Shown: positions 11,105 through 22,423 of the stretch, one piece after another
Position numbering within the stretch: position 1 is the first letter of the stretch
How the letters are laid out: each line of letters starts with the position of its first letter
Source: Verrucomicrobiota bacterium
GTDB lineage: Bacteria; Verrucomicrobiota; Verrucomicrobiia; Limisphaerales; UBA9464
Reading direction: 5' to 3'
Length of the DNA: 53,996 bases
Assembly (NCBI GenBank): GCA_026397755.1
Contig: JAPLUF010000090.1
Coordinates: 1-53,996 of the forward strand
Translations under genes and position numbers: made by a program
Notes under the pieces: generated by a model
What the model was told of the DNA's origin: nothing
What the model saw: only the letters and a program-made list of their open reading frames with translations
Database searches by the model: none

Positions 11105-11989
11105 TCAGTTGCCCATCGCCATGGCGGCGCTGGTAATTTCGAGAAGTTCCTTGGTGATGTTCGCCTGACGGAGCTTGTTGTACTCGAGCGTCAGGTCCTT
11201 GATGAGTTGCTTGGCGTTGTCGGTGGCGCTCTTCATGGCAACCATGCGCGCCGAGTGCTCAGAAGCCTTAGCCTCCAGAAGCATTTGATACACCTGATAG
11301 TTCAGGTAGTGCGGGAGTAAGTTGCTCAACAACTGCGGTGCCGGCGGTTCAAAGCTGTACTCTTGGCTGGTAGCAGACTGAAGTTCCTCAGAGCTGCCGC
11401 TGCCTCGGATTTCAGCATCCAGTTTCTGGAGACGGCCCAGAGGCAACAGAGTTCGAACTTCACACTTTTGGGTCAAGGTGTTGATATAATTGGTGAAAAC
11501 CACATCAACTGCATCAACCTGGCCGCTGAGAAAAAGTTCTTGAGCGAACTTAGAAATAGCCCGGGCCTCTGCGAAGTCAGGGATGTCTTTGTAAGAAAAT
11601 TCGGCGACCAGTTTTCGCTTGAGCCGTGCCACCCACTGGGCTGCCTTGCGGCCGGCCACCACATAAACCGTACTGGGAAGATGAGCCTTGGCTGCCTCGC
11701 GCAACACGTTGGTGTTCAAGGCACCGCAAAGACCCTTGTCGGTGCTGATGATGATCAGCGCCCGGTTCTTGATCTCACGTTTTTCGGTGAGAGGATGCTG
11801 GAACTCTCCGGCCCCTGCAGTAGCAGCCGCCAGCACCTCGTTCATCAAGGATGCATACGGCCGGCCTGCAAGGGCAGCTTGCTGCGCCTTGCGCATCTTG
11901 GCCGAGGCGACCATTTGCATCGCCTTAGTAATCTGCGCCGTATTCTTGACCGACTTGATGCGGCGCCGGATGTCGCGTGTGCTGGGCAT
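11105..11989 (-). CDS. atpG: F1Fo ATP synthase gamma subunit
   Basis: N-terminus IRRRIKSVKNTAQITKAMQMVASAKMRKAQ and C-terminus LTLEYNKLRQANITKELLEI. Confidence 0.95.
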   Translation of the reverse strand: MPSTRDIRRRIKSVKNTAQITKAMQMVASAKMRKAQQAALAGRPYASLMNEVLAAATAGAGEFQHPLTEKREIKNRALIIISTDKGLCGALNTNVLREAAKAHLPSTVYVVAGRKAAQWVARLKRKLVAEFSYKDIPDFAEARAISKFAQELFLSGQVDAVDVVFTNYINTLTQKCEVRTLLPLGRLQKLDAEIRGSGSSEELQSATSQEYSFEPPAPQLLSNLLPHYLNYQVYQMLLEAKASEHSARMVAMKSATDNAKQLIKDLTLEYNKLRQANITKELLEITSAAMAMGN

Positions 11990-12022
11990 GATGAGTGGGA
12001 GGGGCTCCGGTCGGGCTGCGGC

Positions 12023-13549
<1,527 letters not shown>

Positions 13550-13594
13550 GTCGTCTGTGGGATTATTCGACTGTGGGAAAGTTGAAAATGATCG

Positions 13595-13987
13595 TTAAAA
13601 ACTGTTCTCGAGAGCGGCCAACCGTGTTTTCACGGTGCCATCAAACACATCGCTGCCAATCTGTATGCGGAGCCCACCGATCAGAGTGGGGTCTACAAAG
13701 AACTGGAAATCCAGACCGGTCCCATACTTCTGGGTCAGGCTGGCTTTGATGGAGTCCATCTGGGATTCAGAGGTGGGCACGGCGTTGTCAATGCGGACCG
13801 TGCGACTCTGGATGTCGAGCTCCACTAACCGTTGAAAGTGGGTCAGGGCAGCCAAATAATTGCGGGGTTTGCTCGCCAAGACCTGCGTCATCACCTGGCG
13901 GACGCGGCTCTCGTTCAGCACACCATCGAGCAGGCAAATCCGGTATAGATCCTTGCCGTCACGCCGCGCCTGTTTTCCAATCTTCAT
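13595..13987 (-). CDS. atpH: F1Fo ATP synthase delta (OSCP) subunit, unusually short
   Basis: The C-terminal part matches delta (TQKYGTGLDFQFFVDPTLIGGLRIQIGSDVFDGTVKTRLAAL). It is only 130 aa and cannot be extended much, because atpF ends at 14031. Confidence 0.8.
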   Translation of the reverse strand: MKIGKQARRDGKDLYRICLLDGVLNESRVRQVMTQVLASKPRNYLAALTHFQRLVELDIQSRTVRIDNAVPTSESQMDSIKASLTQKYGTGLDFQFFVDPTLIGGLRIQIGSDVFDGTVKTRLAALENSF

Positions 13988-14030
13988 CCGAGAAATTTAG
14001 GTTGTGATTCGGTTGGTGATTTGGGTTGGC

Positions 14031-14573
14031 CTAGGCGGCGATTTGCCGTTGGGTTTCCTCAGCTAAGCGCTTTTGGTCGTCCAGCGTTAGAATCTTTCCG
14101 GTGACCTTGATGCTGGCCTCGACGACCAACCTTCCAAATTCCTGACGGAGTTCCGCCTTCAGGCGGGCCAGTTCGGCGTCATTAGAATGACGCGCTTTGG
14201 CAATGATGTCGGCGGCGGCGGCGATCGCCTTTTGGGTTTCGATCTCGGTAACCCGTGCCGCTGCAGCTCTGGATTCTTCAATGATCCGACCGGTCTGGGC
14301 GCCCGTTTCTAGCAACAACTCTTGGGACTTGCGATGGGCAACGGCGAGATCCTCCCGTGCGCGGCTGGCATCAGCAAGACCTTGGGAGATGGTCGCGCGG
14401 CGGTCTTCCAAAGTCTTTTGGATGGGGCCGATCGCCCATTTCTTCAGAATGAGCGCAACCAACAAAAAGCTGATCGAATTGGCTACGAGCGCCGGAACGT
14501 TGGCCCCGAAAATCTTGGCAATTTCGGCGACCGGACCAGCATCGGATGCAGCAAGAATTAGAAGATGGCTCAT
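14031..14573 (-). CDS. atpF: F1Fo ATP synthase b subunit
   Basis: 180 aa. One N-terminal hydrophobic helix is followed by a long charged coiled-coil-type sequence. The operon position between c and delta supports the call. Confidence 0.88.
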   Translation of the reverse strand: MSHLLILAASDAGPVAEIAKIFGANVPALVANSISFLLVALILKKWAIGPIQKTLEDRRATISQGLADASRAREDLAVAHRKSQELLLETGAQTGRIIEESRAAAARVTEIETQKAIAAAADIIAKARHSNDAELARLKAELRQEFGRLVVEASIKVTGKILTLDDQKRLAEETQRQIAA

Positions 14574-14648
14574 TTCTGTAGGAACTATGGGATCTGAACT
14601 TCTAGTAAAGGGGGAGGCGCGGAACCATGGGGATCCGCGCCGACAAGA

Positions 14649-14903
14649 TCACTTCCCGTTCCAGAGGAACAAGGCGAAGAACACGATACCTTCGGCGAAG
14701 GCCGTGCTCAAGATCGCTTGGACTAGGATCTTGGTCGCGGCACCGGGATTGCGACCCACCGCTTCAGCGGCGCTTTTGCCGATCATTCCGACGCCGATGG
14801 CGGCGCCCAAGGCGGCTGCGGCGACGTGGATATTACCGGACATTTCTGCGATCATCATGGTGTTGTTTGTCTTGTTTGTCTTTGTAGTGTTGTTGCCAGC
14901 CAT
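14649..14903 (-). CDS. atpE: F1Fo ATP synthase c subunit (possible shorter start at MMIAEM, 14858)
   Basis: Two-helix hairpin: AALGAAIGVGMIGKSAAEAVGRNPGA...STAFAEGIVFFALF, with the helix-2 carboxylate (E). The N-terminal NNTTKTNKTNNT extension is unusual. Confidence 0.88.
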   Translation of the reverse strand: MAGNNTTKTNKTNNTMMIAEMSGNIHVAAAALGAAIGVGMIGKSAAEAVGRNPGAATKILVQAILSTAFAEGIVFFALFLWNGK

Positions 14904-14939
14904 CCCGGCAGTCTTGCCACCGTCTGAGGGCCGAAATTG

Positions 14940-15851
14940 TTAGTGATGAGAACCGTCCTCGGCAGGTTCCTCGTCGTGCGAACAGATGAGGAGGGTGAAG
15001 ACCGCAGTCAGCAACATGAAAACCAGAGCCTGAACCACTCCCACCAAAATCTCCATAAAGTAGAAGGGCAAGGCTGTCAGCCAACCCAGTTTTGCACCGC
15101 CCAGATGAGTCATGGCCTCCAACATGTTTTCGCCGGCAAAGACATTTCCGAAGAGACGAAAACTCAAGGATACGGGGCGGAACAAGATTGAGACCACCTC
15201 AAGAAGACCCACTGCGAAGAAGACCACCATGAGGATGAATCCCATGAAGCCGCCCAAGCCACCTTTGGCTCCAAAAAGATGCTTGAGGAAACCCACAGGC
15301 CCATTGGCCTGCAGCGCCCAGACGGTCCAAAGGATAAAGAACACCATCGCCATGGCGAAGGTCATGTTGAAATCCGCGTTAGCACCGCGTAGCAGGGGTT
15401 CCGTCACATCGAAACCGTGTTCCGTAGGATGACCATATCCGATGCTGCCAACTCCCGGCAGTAACCCAAACCAGTTGGTGGCCAAAATGAAAATGAACAA
15501 GGAGGCGAAAAACCAGAAAGTCTTATGGACCAATTCCGCTCCAATGATGCCTCCAAGGAAGTCATAAAGGCTTTCGACGAGCCACTCCCAGAAGTTCTGC
15601 GCTCCATCGGGGACGTCCTTCATGGTCCGTACCCCAAGGCGCACAGCCAAAACCAGCAACAGAGACACAATCCAAGTCAGGATCATGGAGTTGGACACTG
15701 GCAACGGTCCAATATGGAAAATGACCGGAGCCGCCGAGGGCAAGCCATGTGTCGCCGCGACCTCGGCAGGGTTTCCATGCTCTGCAGCAACGGTTGCCAA
15801 CTGAAGGCAGAGTCCGCCAAAGAGAAAAACTAAAGCTTTAGGCCAGGCCAT
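14940..15851 (-). CDS. atpB: F1Fo ATP synthase a subunit
   Basis: Polytopic membrane protein with the conserved LSFRLFGNVFAGE motif (essential Arg). The N-terminus is signal-like (MAWPKALVFLFGGLCLQLATVAA). Confidence 0.92.
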   Translation of the reverse strand: MAWPKALVFLFGGLCLQLATVAAEHGNPAEVAATHGLPSAAPVIFHIGPLPVSNSMILTWIVSLLLVLAVRLGVRTMKDVPDGAQNFWEWLVESLYDFLGGIIGAELVHKTFWFFASLFIFILATNWFGLLPGVGSIGYGHPTEHGFDVTEPLLRGANADFNMTFAMAMVFFILWTVWALQANGPVGFLKHLFGAKGGLGGFMGFILMVVFFAVGLLEVVSILFRPVSLSFRLFGNVFAGENMLEAMTHLGGAKLGWLTALPFYFMEILVGVVQALVFMLLTAVFTLLICSHDEEPAEDGSHH

Positions 15852-16071
15852 CGTAATAAATAGATAACCACCGGATCTGCTCCACGGGCACGCAGACGGC
15901 GAAGGTTCTCAACTACTGTTTGGACAGCCTAGCGAGATAGTGAAAAGTTTCACAAGCGGTTTTTGCAGATCTTTCCACCGACTCATCCCTCCATTTGAAA
16001 CCCTTCGTTGGTTTTAATCTTCATTTTGGCTCCTGGGTCCATTTGCGGGGACCGATCGTTCCGATGGGTTT

Positions 16072-16737
16072 CTATCCCCTGAGGAAAGCCCGAAGCCACA
16101 TCCAAGACTGCTCGGCTGCAAAGAAAATAACCCAGGTGACCAACGTAAAATAGATAAGCGTGACCACCAGACTCAGGAGAGCCATCAGGTACATGACGCC
16201 ATCTCGCTGAAGCCGTCCGACACACGCAAAAAAGATGACCAGTGCCGGGAGCGAGTTCTGAAGCGGAACCACCAGAAATGGGAGAGCCACCAAGAGGCCG
16301 CCCACCAGGATGAGCCAGCCAGCGCCCCTGCGCCCGACCGCATCCACCAGCCAAACCATGCGTTCGGTGCGGCTCACGCGACCGACAATCCCCAACAATC
16401 CGCACCCGAAGCCGGAAAATGCGTTCCAAGTCATCGCCCGAGGCCGGGTCGATCGGATACGCATCGGCAGCCAGACCGACTCATCACCGCGGATTAACCT
16501 CCAACCTATTCCCGCAAAGGCCAGGCCCCCGAAGGTGGCGATAGGCCCGGTGGGCAGGGGTTGAATGAATGGCAGGGTGAGGATCAGAGCCATCAACCAG
16601 GCGTTGCCCTCGCCCAGTTGATCGAGGAACTCACCGATGGTTTGCCCACCGGAGCGTGCGACCTGGGCCGAAGCACTCAAGGCACGGATGAAGTCCGCCG
16701 CGGTGGCGTTTCGGGGAGACTGAGGTGATGAGGACAT
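16072..16737 (-). CDS. ExoD-like (exopolysaccharide synthesis) membrane protein
   Basis: Start taken at MSSSPQ (16737), 20 nt downstream of the yqeY stop. Architecture: soluble N-terminus, then LMALILTLPFIQPLPTGPI... and several TM helices, as in ExoD-family proteins. The family call comes from sequence recall only. Confidence 0.5.
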   Translation of the reverse strand: MSSSPQSPRNATAADFIRALSASAQVARSGGQTIGEFLDQLGEGNAWLMALILTLPFIQPLPTGPIATFGGLAFAGIGWRLIRGDESVWLPMRIRSTRPRAMTWNAFSGFGCGLLGIVGRVSRTERMVWLVDAVGRRGAGWLILVGGLLVALPFLVVPLQNSLPALVIFFACVGRLQRDGVMYLMALLSLVVTLIYFTLVTWVIFFAAEQSWMWLRAFLRG

Positions 16738-16756
16738 CCAGCGAGGCTCTCTGACC

Positions 16757-17203
16757 TTAGGGCAGAAGCCTGGATACAAGGGCACTGACGGACTTGCCGT
16801 CGGCTCGGCCATCCACCTTGGACTGGGCGGCCTTCATGACCGCTCCCATGTCTTTCTTCGAGGTGGCTCCCACCTCGGTGATGACCTCTCGGATCAGGCT
16901 TTCCAATTCTTCGGCCGACAACGCCTTGGGCAGGTACTCGGTAAGCACTTCCAATTCGGCCTTCTCGTTGGCTGCCATTTCCGTCCGTCCAGCCTTTTCA
17001 AATTCCTCGATGGAGTCTCGGCGCTTCTTGGCCTCCCGTTGGATCATCGCCATCACATCGGCATCCGAGAGTGTCTCCGTTTTCTTTTCGATTTGGGCGT
17101 AACCCAGAGCCGCCTTGAGCATCCGGAGCGTCCCGGTTCGGACGGCTTGGCGGGCCAGCATGGAGGATTTGAGTTCGTCGTTAACGCGTTGTTGGAGGCT
17201 CAT
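16757..17203 (-). CDS. yqeY: GatB/YqeY domain protein
   Basis: MSLQQRVNDELKSSMLARQAVRTGTLRMLKAAL...MGAVMKAAQSKVDGRADGKSVSALV is the typical YqeY pattern. Confidence 0.88.
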   Translation of the reverse strand: MSLQQRVNDELKSSMLARQAVRTGTLRMLKAALGYAQIEKKTETLSDADVMAMIQREAKKRRDSIEEFEKAGRTEMAANEKAELEVLTEYLPKALSAEELESLIREVITEVGATSKKDMGAVMKAAQSKVDGRADGKSVSALVSRLLP

Positions 17204-17961
17204 GATTCGGAGGCTTGGAGTTTGCGAAGCTGATCGCGGACTTCTGCGGCGGTCTCGTAGTCCTCGATCCGGATGGCCTCGGCAAGAGCGAAGCGAAGGC
17301 GTTCGATCTCATTCTGCGGGGGCTTACGACGAATCTCGTCGAGCCATCCCCGCAAAGACAGGATTTCGCCACTTTGTTCGATGAGTTCTTCTCGTTCGTG
17401 ATCCCGGTAGAACTCAGCCAACTCGGTGATGCCGGCCTCGATGGCGATGAGGGCGGCATCCCGATCGCTCTCTTGGAGACGGGCCTCGCCGCGGGCTCGC
17501 GTGCGCATCATCGTGAGCTGAGGGGTAAATTGAACCACGCTCCATGACAGGTCGTCGGATTCAGCAAACCGGTCCACGAAGCTGAAGACTTCGAGGTTTC
17601 GGATGCAATCGCGCTCAACGGCCTCGTAGTCCTTGAGCTGGAAGAAACAAATGTATCGGTGGTGATACTGGATGGATTCCTGTTGGAGACGCCCGCATTC
17701 CTCCGACCCCAGGGCGAAATCTGGAGTCTCGCCATCGGCGCTGGTCGAGGCCTGTTCAGAACGCTTCCGGTAGAAATGGAACCAGGACTCATGACCCATG
17801 GGCTTTTTGCCATCCGGACGCCCCAGCACATTCATTTGGAGGATCCCCAGATCAACACGCAGCTGGATTTTCTCACCATCCTTGCCCTGAAAGCGGCGCG
17901 CCACCACCTGACCGGGCTTATAATCCCAGTCCTGCAGCATCTCAGTGAGGTCGAACGTCAT
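17200..17961 (-). CDS. Hypothetical protein with C-terminal UVR (UvrB/UvrC) motif
   Basis: 253 aa. The C-terminus LRFALAEAIRIEDYETAAEVRDQLRKL matches the UVR motif. There is an ATGA overlap with the yqeY start. Confidence 0.7.
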   Translation of the reverse strand: MTFDLTEMLQDWDYKPGQVVARRFQGKDGEKIQLRVDLGILQMNVLGRPDGKKPMGHESWFHFYRKRSEQASTSADGETPDFALGSEECGRLQQESIQYHHRYICFFQLKDYEAVERDCIRNLEVFSFVDRFAESDDLSWSVVQFTPQLTMMRTRARGEARLQESDRDAALIAIEAGITELAEFYRDHEREELIEQSGEILSLRGWLDEIRRKPPQNEIERLRFALAEAIRIEDYETAAEVRDQLRKLQASES

Positions 17962-18041
17962 CGGTCTGCCAATATGGAAACTTTTTTGACTGCGTCAACG
18001 CACAGGGCCGATGAGTTATTCTCACTCTCGCTCCCCATCGA

Positions 18042-19493
18042 CTAGGCCAAGATTCCCTGGATCACCTCTCCATGGACATCAGTGAGACGGAAATCACGCC
18101 CTTGGAATCGGTAGGTGAGCTTATGGTGATCCATGCCAAAGAGGTGCAGGAGAGTGGCGTGCAAGTCGTGCACGTGGACCTTGTTTTCAGTGGCATAGAA
18201 ACCGAAATCATCCGTCCCGCCATAGACGGTCCCGGGCTTGATGCCCCCGCCTGCCATCCAAATGGTATACCCATGCGGATGATGATCTCGACCGATCTGG
18301 TCTGGCTTGAGAGCTCCTTGCATCATCGGAGTCCGACCGAACTCTCCGCCCCAAAGGACCAAGGTTTCGTCGAGAAGACCGCGCTCCTTGAGGTCCTTGA
18401 TGAGGGCAACAGACGGCTGATCGGTCTCCGCGCAACGCTTCTTGAGATCAAAGACCAAATTACCGTCGGGCCCGCCATGATGATCCCAGCCCCGGTGGTA
18501 GAGTTGGACAAAGCGAACTCCACGCTCGACCAATCGACGGGCCAGTAGGCAGTTGTTGGCGAAGGAAGCCCGACCGGGAGTCGTCCCGTAGGCTTCATGA
18601 ACACGCGATGCCTCGCCCGTAATATCCATGACCTCGGGCACACTGGTTTGCATGCGGTAGGCGAGCTCATAGGAAGCGATTCGTGTCTGGATCTCTGGAT
18701 CTTGCAAGACATCGAAACGCGCCTGATTGAGGTCCCGAAGGACATCCAATGTTTGGCGACGGCGTTTGCGATCCATGCCCGGCGGATTTCCGACGTACAG
18801 CACCGGATCACCCTGCGAGCGCAATGTAACGCCCTGATGCACCGTCGGTAAGAAGCCGCTGCCCCAAGCCGCGTTGGTGAGGGGCTGTCCGACGCCCGTC
18901 ATCATGACCACAAAGGCCGGCAAGTCCTTGTTCTCGCTGCCCAGTCCATAACTGAACCACGAGCCCATGCCCGGCCGACCCGCCAACTGAGCTCCGGTGT
19001 TCATGAACAAGGTTGCCGGGTCATGGTTAAACGCCTCGGAGTAGAAGCCCTTCACGAAACAGACATCGTCGGCGATGGAACCCAACTGGGGCAGGAGTTC
19101 ACTAATCCAGGCCCCAGATTTGCCATGCCGGGCAAACTGATAGGGAGAGGCCAACAACTTGGACTCCTTGCCGATCTGAGCCAACCGGATGTTCTTCACC
19201 AACTCCTCGGGCACCCGTTGGCCGTTGCGCTTAGTGAGCTCGGGTTTGGGATCAAAGAGGTCGAGGTGCGAGGGCCCACCCGACTGGAACAGGTAAATAA
19301 TGTTCTTGGCCTTGGGGGCGAAGTGCGGGGCCTTGAACGCGGTTCCCGAATCCGGAGTGGCGGCCCCCAGTGACGGGTTGAGCAAGGTGCTCAATGCCAA
19401 GGCGCCCATGCCGGTCCCACAGTGCTGGAGAAAACGCCGCCGCGTGGAGGCCTTGAGGGATTCCAAGATGGGTGTCGGCAACTGCGGGTGCAT
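18042..19493 (-). CDS. DUF1501 family (sulfatase-like) protein with Tat signal
   Basis: Tat signal RRRFLQHCGTGMGALALS. Conserved DUF1501 blocks are present (FNHD, WDHHG, GGEFGRTP, GRDHHP). No DUF1549/DUF1553 partner gene lies next to it. Confidence 0.85.
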   Translation of the reverse strand: MHPQLPTPILESLKASTRRRFLQHCGTGMGALALSTLLNPSLGAATPDSGTAFKAPHFAPKAKNIIYLFQSGGPSHLDLFDPKPELTKRNGQRVPEELVKNIRLAQIGKESKLLASPYQFARHGKSGAWISELLPQLGSIADDVCFVKGFYSEAFNHDPATLFMNTGAQLAGRPGMGSWFSYGLGSENKDLPAFVVMMTGVGQPLTNAAWGSGFLPTVHQGVTLRSQGDPVLYVGNPPGMDRKRRRQTLDVLRDLNQARFDVLQDPEIQTRIASYELAYRMQTSVPEVMDITGEASRVHEAYGTTPGRASFANNCLLARRLVERGVRFVQLYHRGWDHHGGPDGNLVFDLKKRCAETDQPSVALIKDLKERGLLDETLVLWGGEFGRTPMMQGALKPDQIGRDHHPHGYTIWMAGGGIKPGTVYGGTDDFGFYATENKVHVHDLHATLLHLFGMDHHKLTYRFQGRDFRLTDVHGEVIQGILA

Positions 19494-19676
19494 CCAGAGA
19501 ATCTGCGTCCCGAATCCATCCCGATCAAGCCCCGCTCACAGGACTGCGTTCGTGGTTCTTTAACCGGGTCACTGCTCTTGAACCGATTGAGAGATCTGTT
19601 CAGCGAAACAGGGACAGAACCCAAGATCGGTCTGTCCCTATTCGTGTTGTTCGGTAGCGGCAAATGATCCGGCAAC

Positions 19677-20906
19677 TCAGGCGCCGTACTTGTCGAACAG
19701 ACGGGCATTGGCCTGCATCAGGCGCATGAGATACTTAGCCTCGAAGATACCGAGGGATCCTGAATTAGCTCCTGTCTCCGTGAAACGGGACAGCTTGTCG
19801 CTGCCGCTAATTTCCGAGTGGATGAGCACCGGCTGTGGATGCCACGAGTGACCCTTCACAGCCACCGGTGTGGAATGATCTCCGGTGATGGCCAGCACAT
19901 CGGGCTTCTTGGCCAAGAAGATGGGCAAGGCGGCATCGAAGTCCTCGATGGCCTTGACCTTGGCCGCGAAATCGCCGTCTTCGCCGGCCTTGTCGGTGTA
20001 CTTGTAGTGGATGAAGAAAAAGTCGTACTGATCGTACTCCTTCACGTAGCGCTCAAACTGCTGGGCGATCGTTTCCGGTCCCTCAATCTTCACCATGCCG
20101 ACCAACTGGCTCAAACCCTTGTACATCGGGTAAACCGCGATCGCTGCCGCCTTCAGACCGTAGCGCTGCTCGAAGGTCGGAATTTCAGGCTGATGAGCTA
20201 CACCGCGCATGAGGAACCCGTTGGCCATCTTCTCACCCGCCAAGAGCGGCAAGGCCAGCTTGTAGAAATCAACGATCAGCTTAGCGACCTTCTTCTGGCC
20301 GGCATTCTGCGGATCCACCGGCTTGGCCTCGGCGATCAGGAGCCCCTCGCGGTTGGGATCTGTATCGGTCAGCGGGCCTTCCAGACCCTGCCCCCGGAAC
20401 ACCACGACAAAGCGATGCTCCTTGCCCGGATAAATGTGGACCTCAGTTGCGCCGATCTTCTGAATCTTAGCAGAGAGGATTCCGCACAAACGCTCGCAAA
20501 CCTCGGTCGCGATGCGACCGGCGCGACGGTCTGTGACGATTCCCTTGGAATCGAGGGTGCAGAAATTAGCCCGTGCCGCCACGTCACCATTCTTCAGCTC
20601 AATGCCCAAACCCAGCGTCTCGATCACACCTCGGCCGACCTCCCACTCGATGGGGTCATAACCGAAGAGGGCCAGATGTCCGGGACCCGACCCGGGGGTA
20701 ATCCCCGGTGCCACCGGAATCATCCGTCCTTGGGCGCACCCCGACTGGGTCAGGGCGTCGAGGTTCGGGGTCTTGGCCGCCTCCAACGGCGTCATCCAAT
20801 TCTGGGAACGGGTCGCTATATCTCCTAGGCCGTCGAGAACGATGAGGGCCATTTTGGCCCCGGTCTTGACCTGAAGTTTCGCGTAAACGGAATCGAGTTT
20901 GCTCAT
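19677..20906 (-). CDS. apgM: Cofactor-independent phosphoglycerate mutase, archaeal type
   Basis: Start taken at MSKLDSVY (20906). Motifs: MALIVLDGLGD, TPNLDAL, PGSGPGHLALFGYDP, TDRRAGRI, ITGDHSTP. Confidence 0.85.
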   Translation of the reverse strand: MSKLDSVYAKLQVKTGAKMALIVLDGLGDIATRSQNWMTPLEAAKTPNLDALTQSGCAQGRMIPVAPGITPGSGPGHLALFGYDPIEWEVGRGVIETLGLGIELKNGDVAARANFCTLDSKGIVTDRRAGRIATEVCERLCGILSAKIQKIGATEVHIYPGKEHRFVVVFRGQGLEGPLTDTDPNREGLLIAEAKPVDPQNAGQKKVAKLIVDFYKLALPLLAGEKMANGFLMRGVAHQPEIPTFEQRYGLKAAAIAVYPMYKGLSQLVGMVKIEGPETIAQQFERYVKEYDQYDFFFIHYKYTDKAGEDGDFAAKVKAIEDFDAALPIFLAKKPDVLAITGDHSTPVAVKGHSWHPQPVLIHSEISGSDKLSRFTETGANSGSLGIFEAKYLMRLMQANARLFDKYGA

Positions 20907-21074
20907 AATCAAGGTGAGTTGGGTCTCCGAAGGGCCCCGATATAGAGGCTCCCTACAGGCTCCCGCTGGCAGACCCTGTTGGGCGGTTAATTCGCCGTCA
21001 ACGACACTTTGGTGCTGACCACCCAGCGGGTCACTCCGATGACTGAGCCGGCCGGGCTCCACTCAGTGCGCGGG

Positions 21075-22412
21075 TCACTTTTTGAAGAATCCCTTGGACT
21101 TAGGGGCCGGGGCCGGGGCGTCTGATTTGACCGGGACCTTTTCAAGGAATCGGTTGAGATCCATCTCGGAGACAGAATTGGTGATCAATGAGGCTTGATG
21201 GGTCTCCTTCGTTGTCAATTGAGCCAACTGAGAAGGTGCCTGGAGAATGTAGGGCGTCAGAAAAATGAGCAGTTCGGTCTTTGCATCGCTCTTGGCGCGG
21301 GTCTTGAACAAATTGCCCAGAATCGGGATGTCGCCCAAGTAGGGAACCTTCGTCTCGGTCTGGGATTGGTTATTAGAGATGAGGCCGCCGATGACGACGG
21401 TCTCTGCATGCGGAGTGACCACCACGGTGTCGGCTGAACGAATATTAATGTAGGGAGCCGAGACATTAGCCGACAAGAACTGCCGTTCAGTCGGTGAGAC
21501 TGAAGAGATTTGCGGTTGAACGATCATCTCGACTTGACCATTTGAACCAATGAACGGAGTGACGTTCAGGATGATACCCACGTCATCATAGGTAACATTG
21601 ATAATGGGGATGGTGTTGCCAGCGGAGCCTGAATAGGAAACACCGCTGGGCAGGGGAACTTTTTGACCGACCACAATGCGTGCTAATTGGCCATCGCGGG
21701 CGATGATCGACGGGCGGGATAGAACTTGCGCCTTACCAGATGTAGCCACAGCCCGGAGCGTCGCCTGAAACTCGGAGCCTGCGATGGAATAAAGGCCACC
21801 GGAACCGCCGCCGGTAGAAGACGGAGTCAGTGCCGTTCCCATCGATTGCCCCAAGCCGTTCAAGTTGGTGCTGATACTGTTCACCCCTGAAAGACCCATC
21901 ACGGTCCCACCACCGCTGCTGATGTTGTTTCCAATGTTGTTCTTGGCCCAAGCGCCTTCGACTCCGAGTTCAGAGCCGTTTTTCTTCTCAACCTCCATGA
22001 AGACCACCTTGATAAGCACCTGCGGCTTAGGTGAATCGAGATTCCGGATGACGTTGCTAATTTGCAGGGCTGTCAGGGCGTCCGCGATGACCACGAGATT
22101 GTGGGTCTGCGGATCAACCGAAATCAGGGCGCTGCCGACTCTGCCGTTGTTATTGTAGAGCCCGGAAGATCCAGTGCCTCCATTGCCACCGCCGCCTCCG
22201 CCACCAAAGCCACCACCGCCACCAAAGCCACCACCGCCTCCGAAACCACCGCCGCCGCCAAAGCCTCCGCCTCCGCCTCCGCCGCGCTGTTGGGCTATGG
22301 CGGGTAGGACCAAGGACAATCCGAGGAGCCCGACCAACACGCGGAGCGCCGGGGCCGTGGAAAGAAATCGCGAAAAGATAGAACCACTGGTTTTCATTTT
22401 GGAATCGTTCAA
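21075..22412 (-). CDS. gspD: Secretin C-terminal half: signal peptide, (FGGGGG)n tract, one N3-like domain and the secretin pore domain
   Basis: Signal-like LRVLVGLLGLSLVLPAIAQQ. N-domain motif NLVVIADALTALQISNVIRNLD..PKPQVLIKVVFMEV. Secretin core ...VPYLGDIPILGNLFKTRAKSDAKTELLIFLTPYIL. Confidence 0.85.
   Translation of the reverse strand: MNDSKMKTSGSIFSRFLSTAPALRVLVGLLGLSLVLPAIAQQRGGGGGGGFGGGGGFGGGGGFGGGGGFGGGGGGGNGGTGSSGLYNNNGRVGSALISVDPQTHNLVVIADALTALQISNVIRNLDSPKPQVLIKVVFMEVEKKNGSELGVEGAWAKNNIGNNISSGGGTVMGLSGVNSISTNLNGLGQSMGTALTPSSTGGGSGGLYSIAGSEFQATLRAVATSGKAQVLSRPSIIARDGQLARIVVGQKVPLPSGVSYSGSAGNTIPIINVTYDDVGIILNVTPFIGSNGQVEMIVQPQISSVSPTERQFLSANVSAPYINIRSADTVVVTPHAETVVIGGLISNNQSQTETKVPYLGDIPILGNLFKTRAKSDAKTELLIFLTPYILQAPSQLAQLTTKETHQASLITNSVSEMDLNRFLEKVPVKSDAPAPAPKSKGFFKK
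22179..22283. repeat. In-frame 18-nt tandem repeat encoding (FGGGGG)n in the secretin C-half
   Basis: aaagccaccaccgccacc / aaagccaccaccgcctcc / gaaaccaccgccgccgcc / aaagcctccgcctccgcc on the plus strand. Confidence 0.85.
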
Positions 22413-22423
22413 GGTTCTTAGGT

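Noticed and set aside
15852-16071. A possible atpI/atpZ gene, or ORF 15983-16429, upstream of atpB.
   Set aside because: ORF 15983-16429 mostly overlaps the ExoD-like gene in another frame and is Arg/Gly-rich. No small hydrophobic ORF typical of AtpI/AtpZ is present in the gap.
20907-21062. Upstream extensions of several minus-strand ORFs: apgM to 21062, aat to 8419, ExoD-like to 16812 and LolA-like to 42408.
   Set aside because: The extensions have non-protein-like composition or overlap neighbouring genes. Internal Met codons give N-termini that match family expectations or form ATGA translational coupling.
22413-22423. The split secretin explained as a simple sequencing frameshift or pseudogene.
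   Set aside because: Not favoured. The downstream ORF has its own ATG and a complete signal peptide, the upstream ORF ends in a low-complexity tail, and both are full length with intact domains. It still needs read-level verification (see findings).
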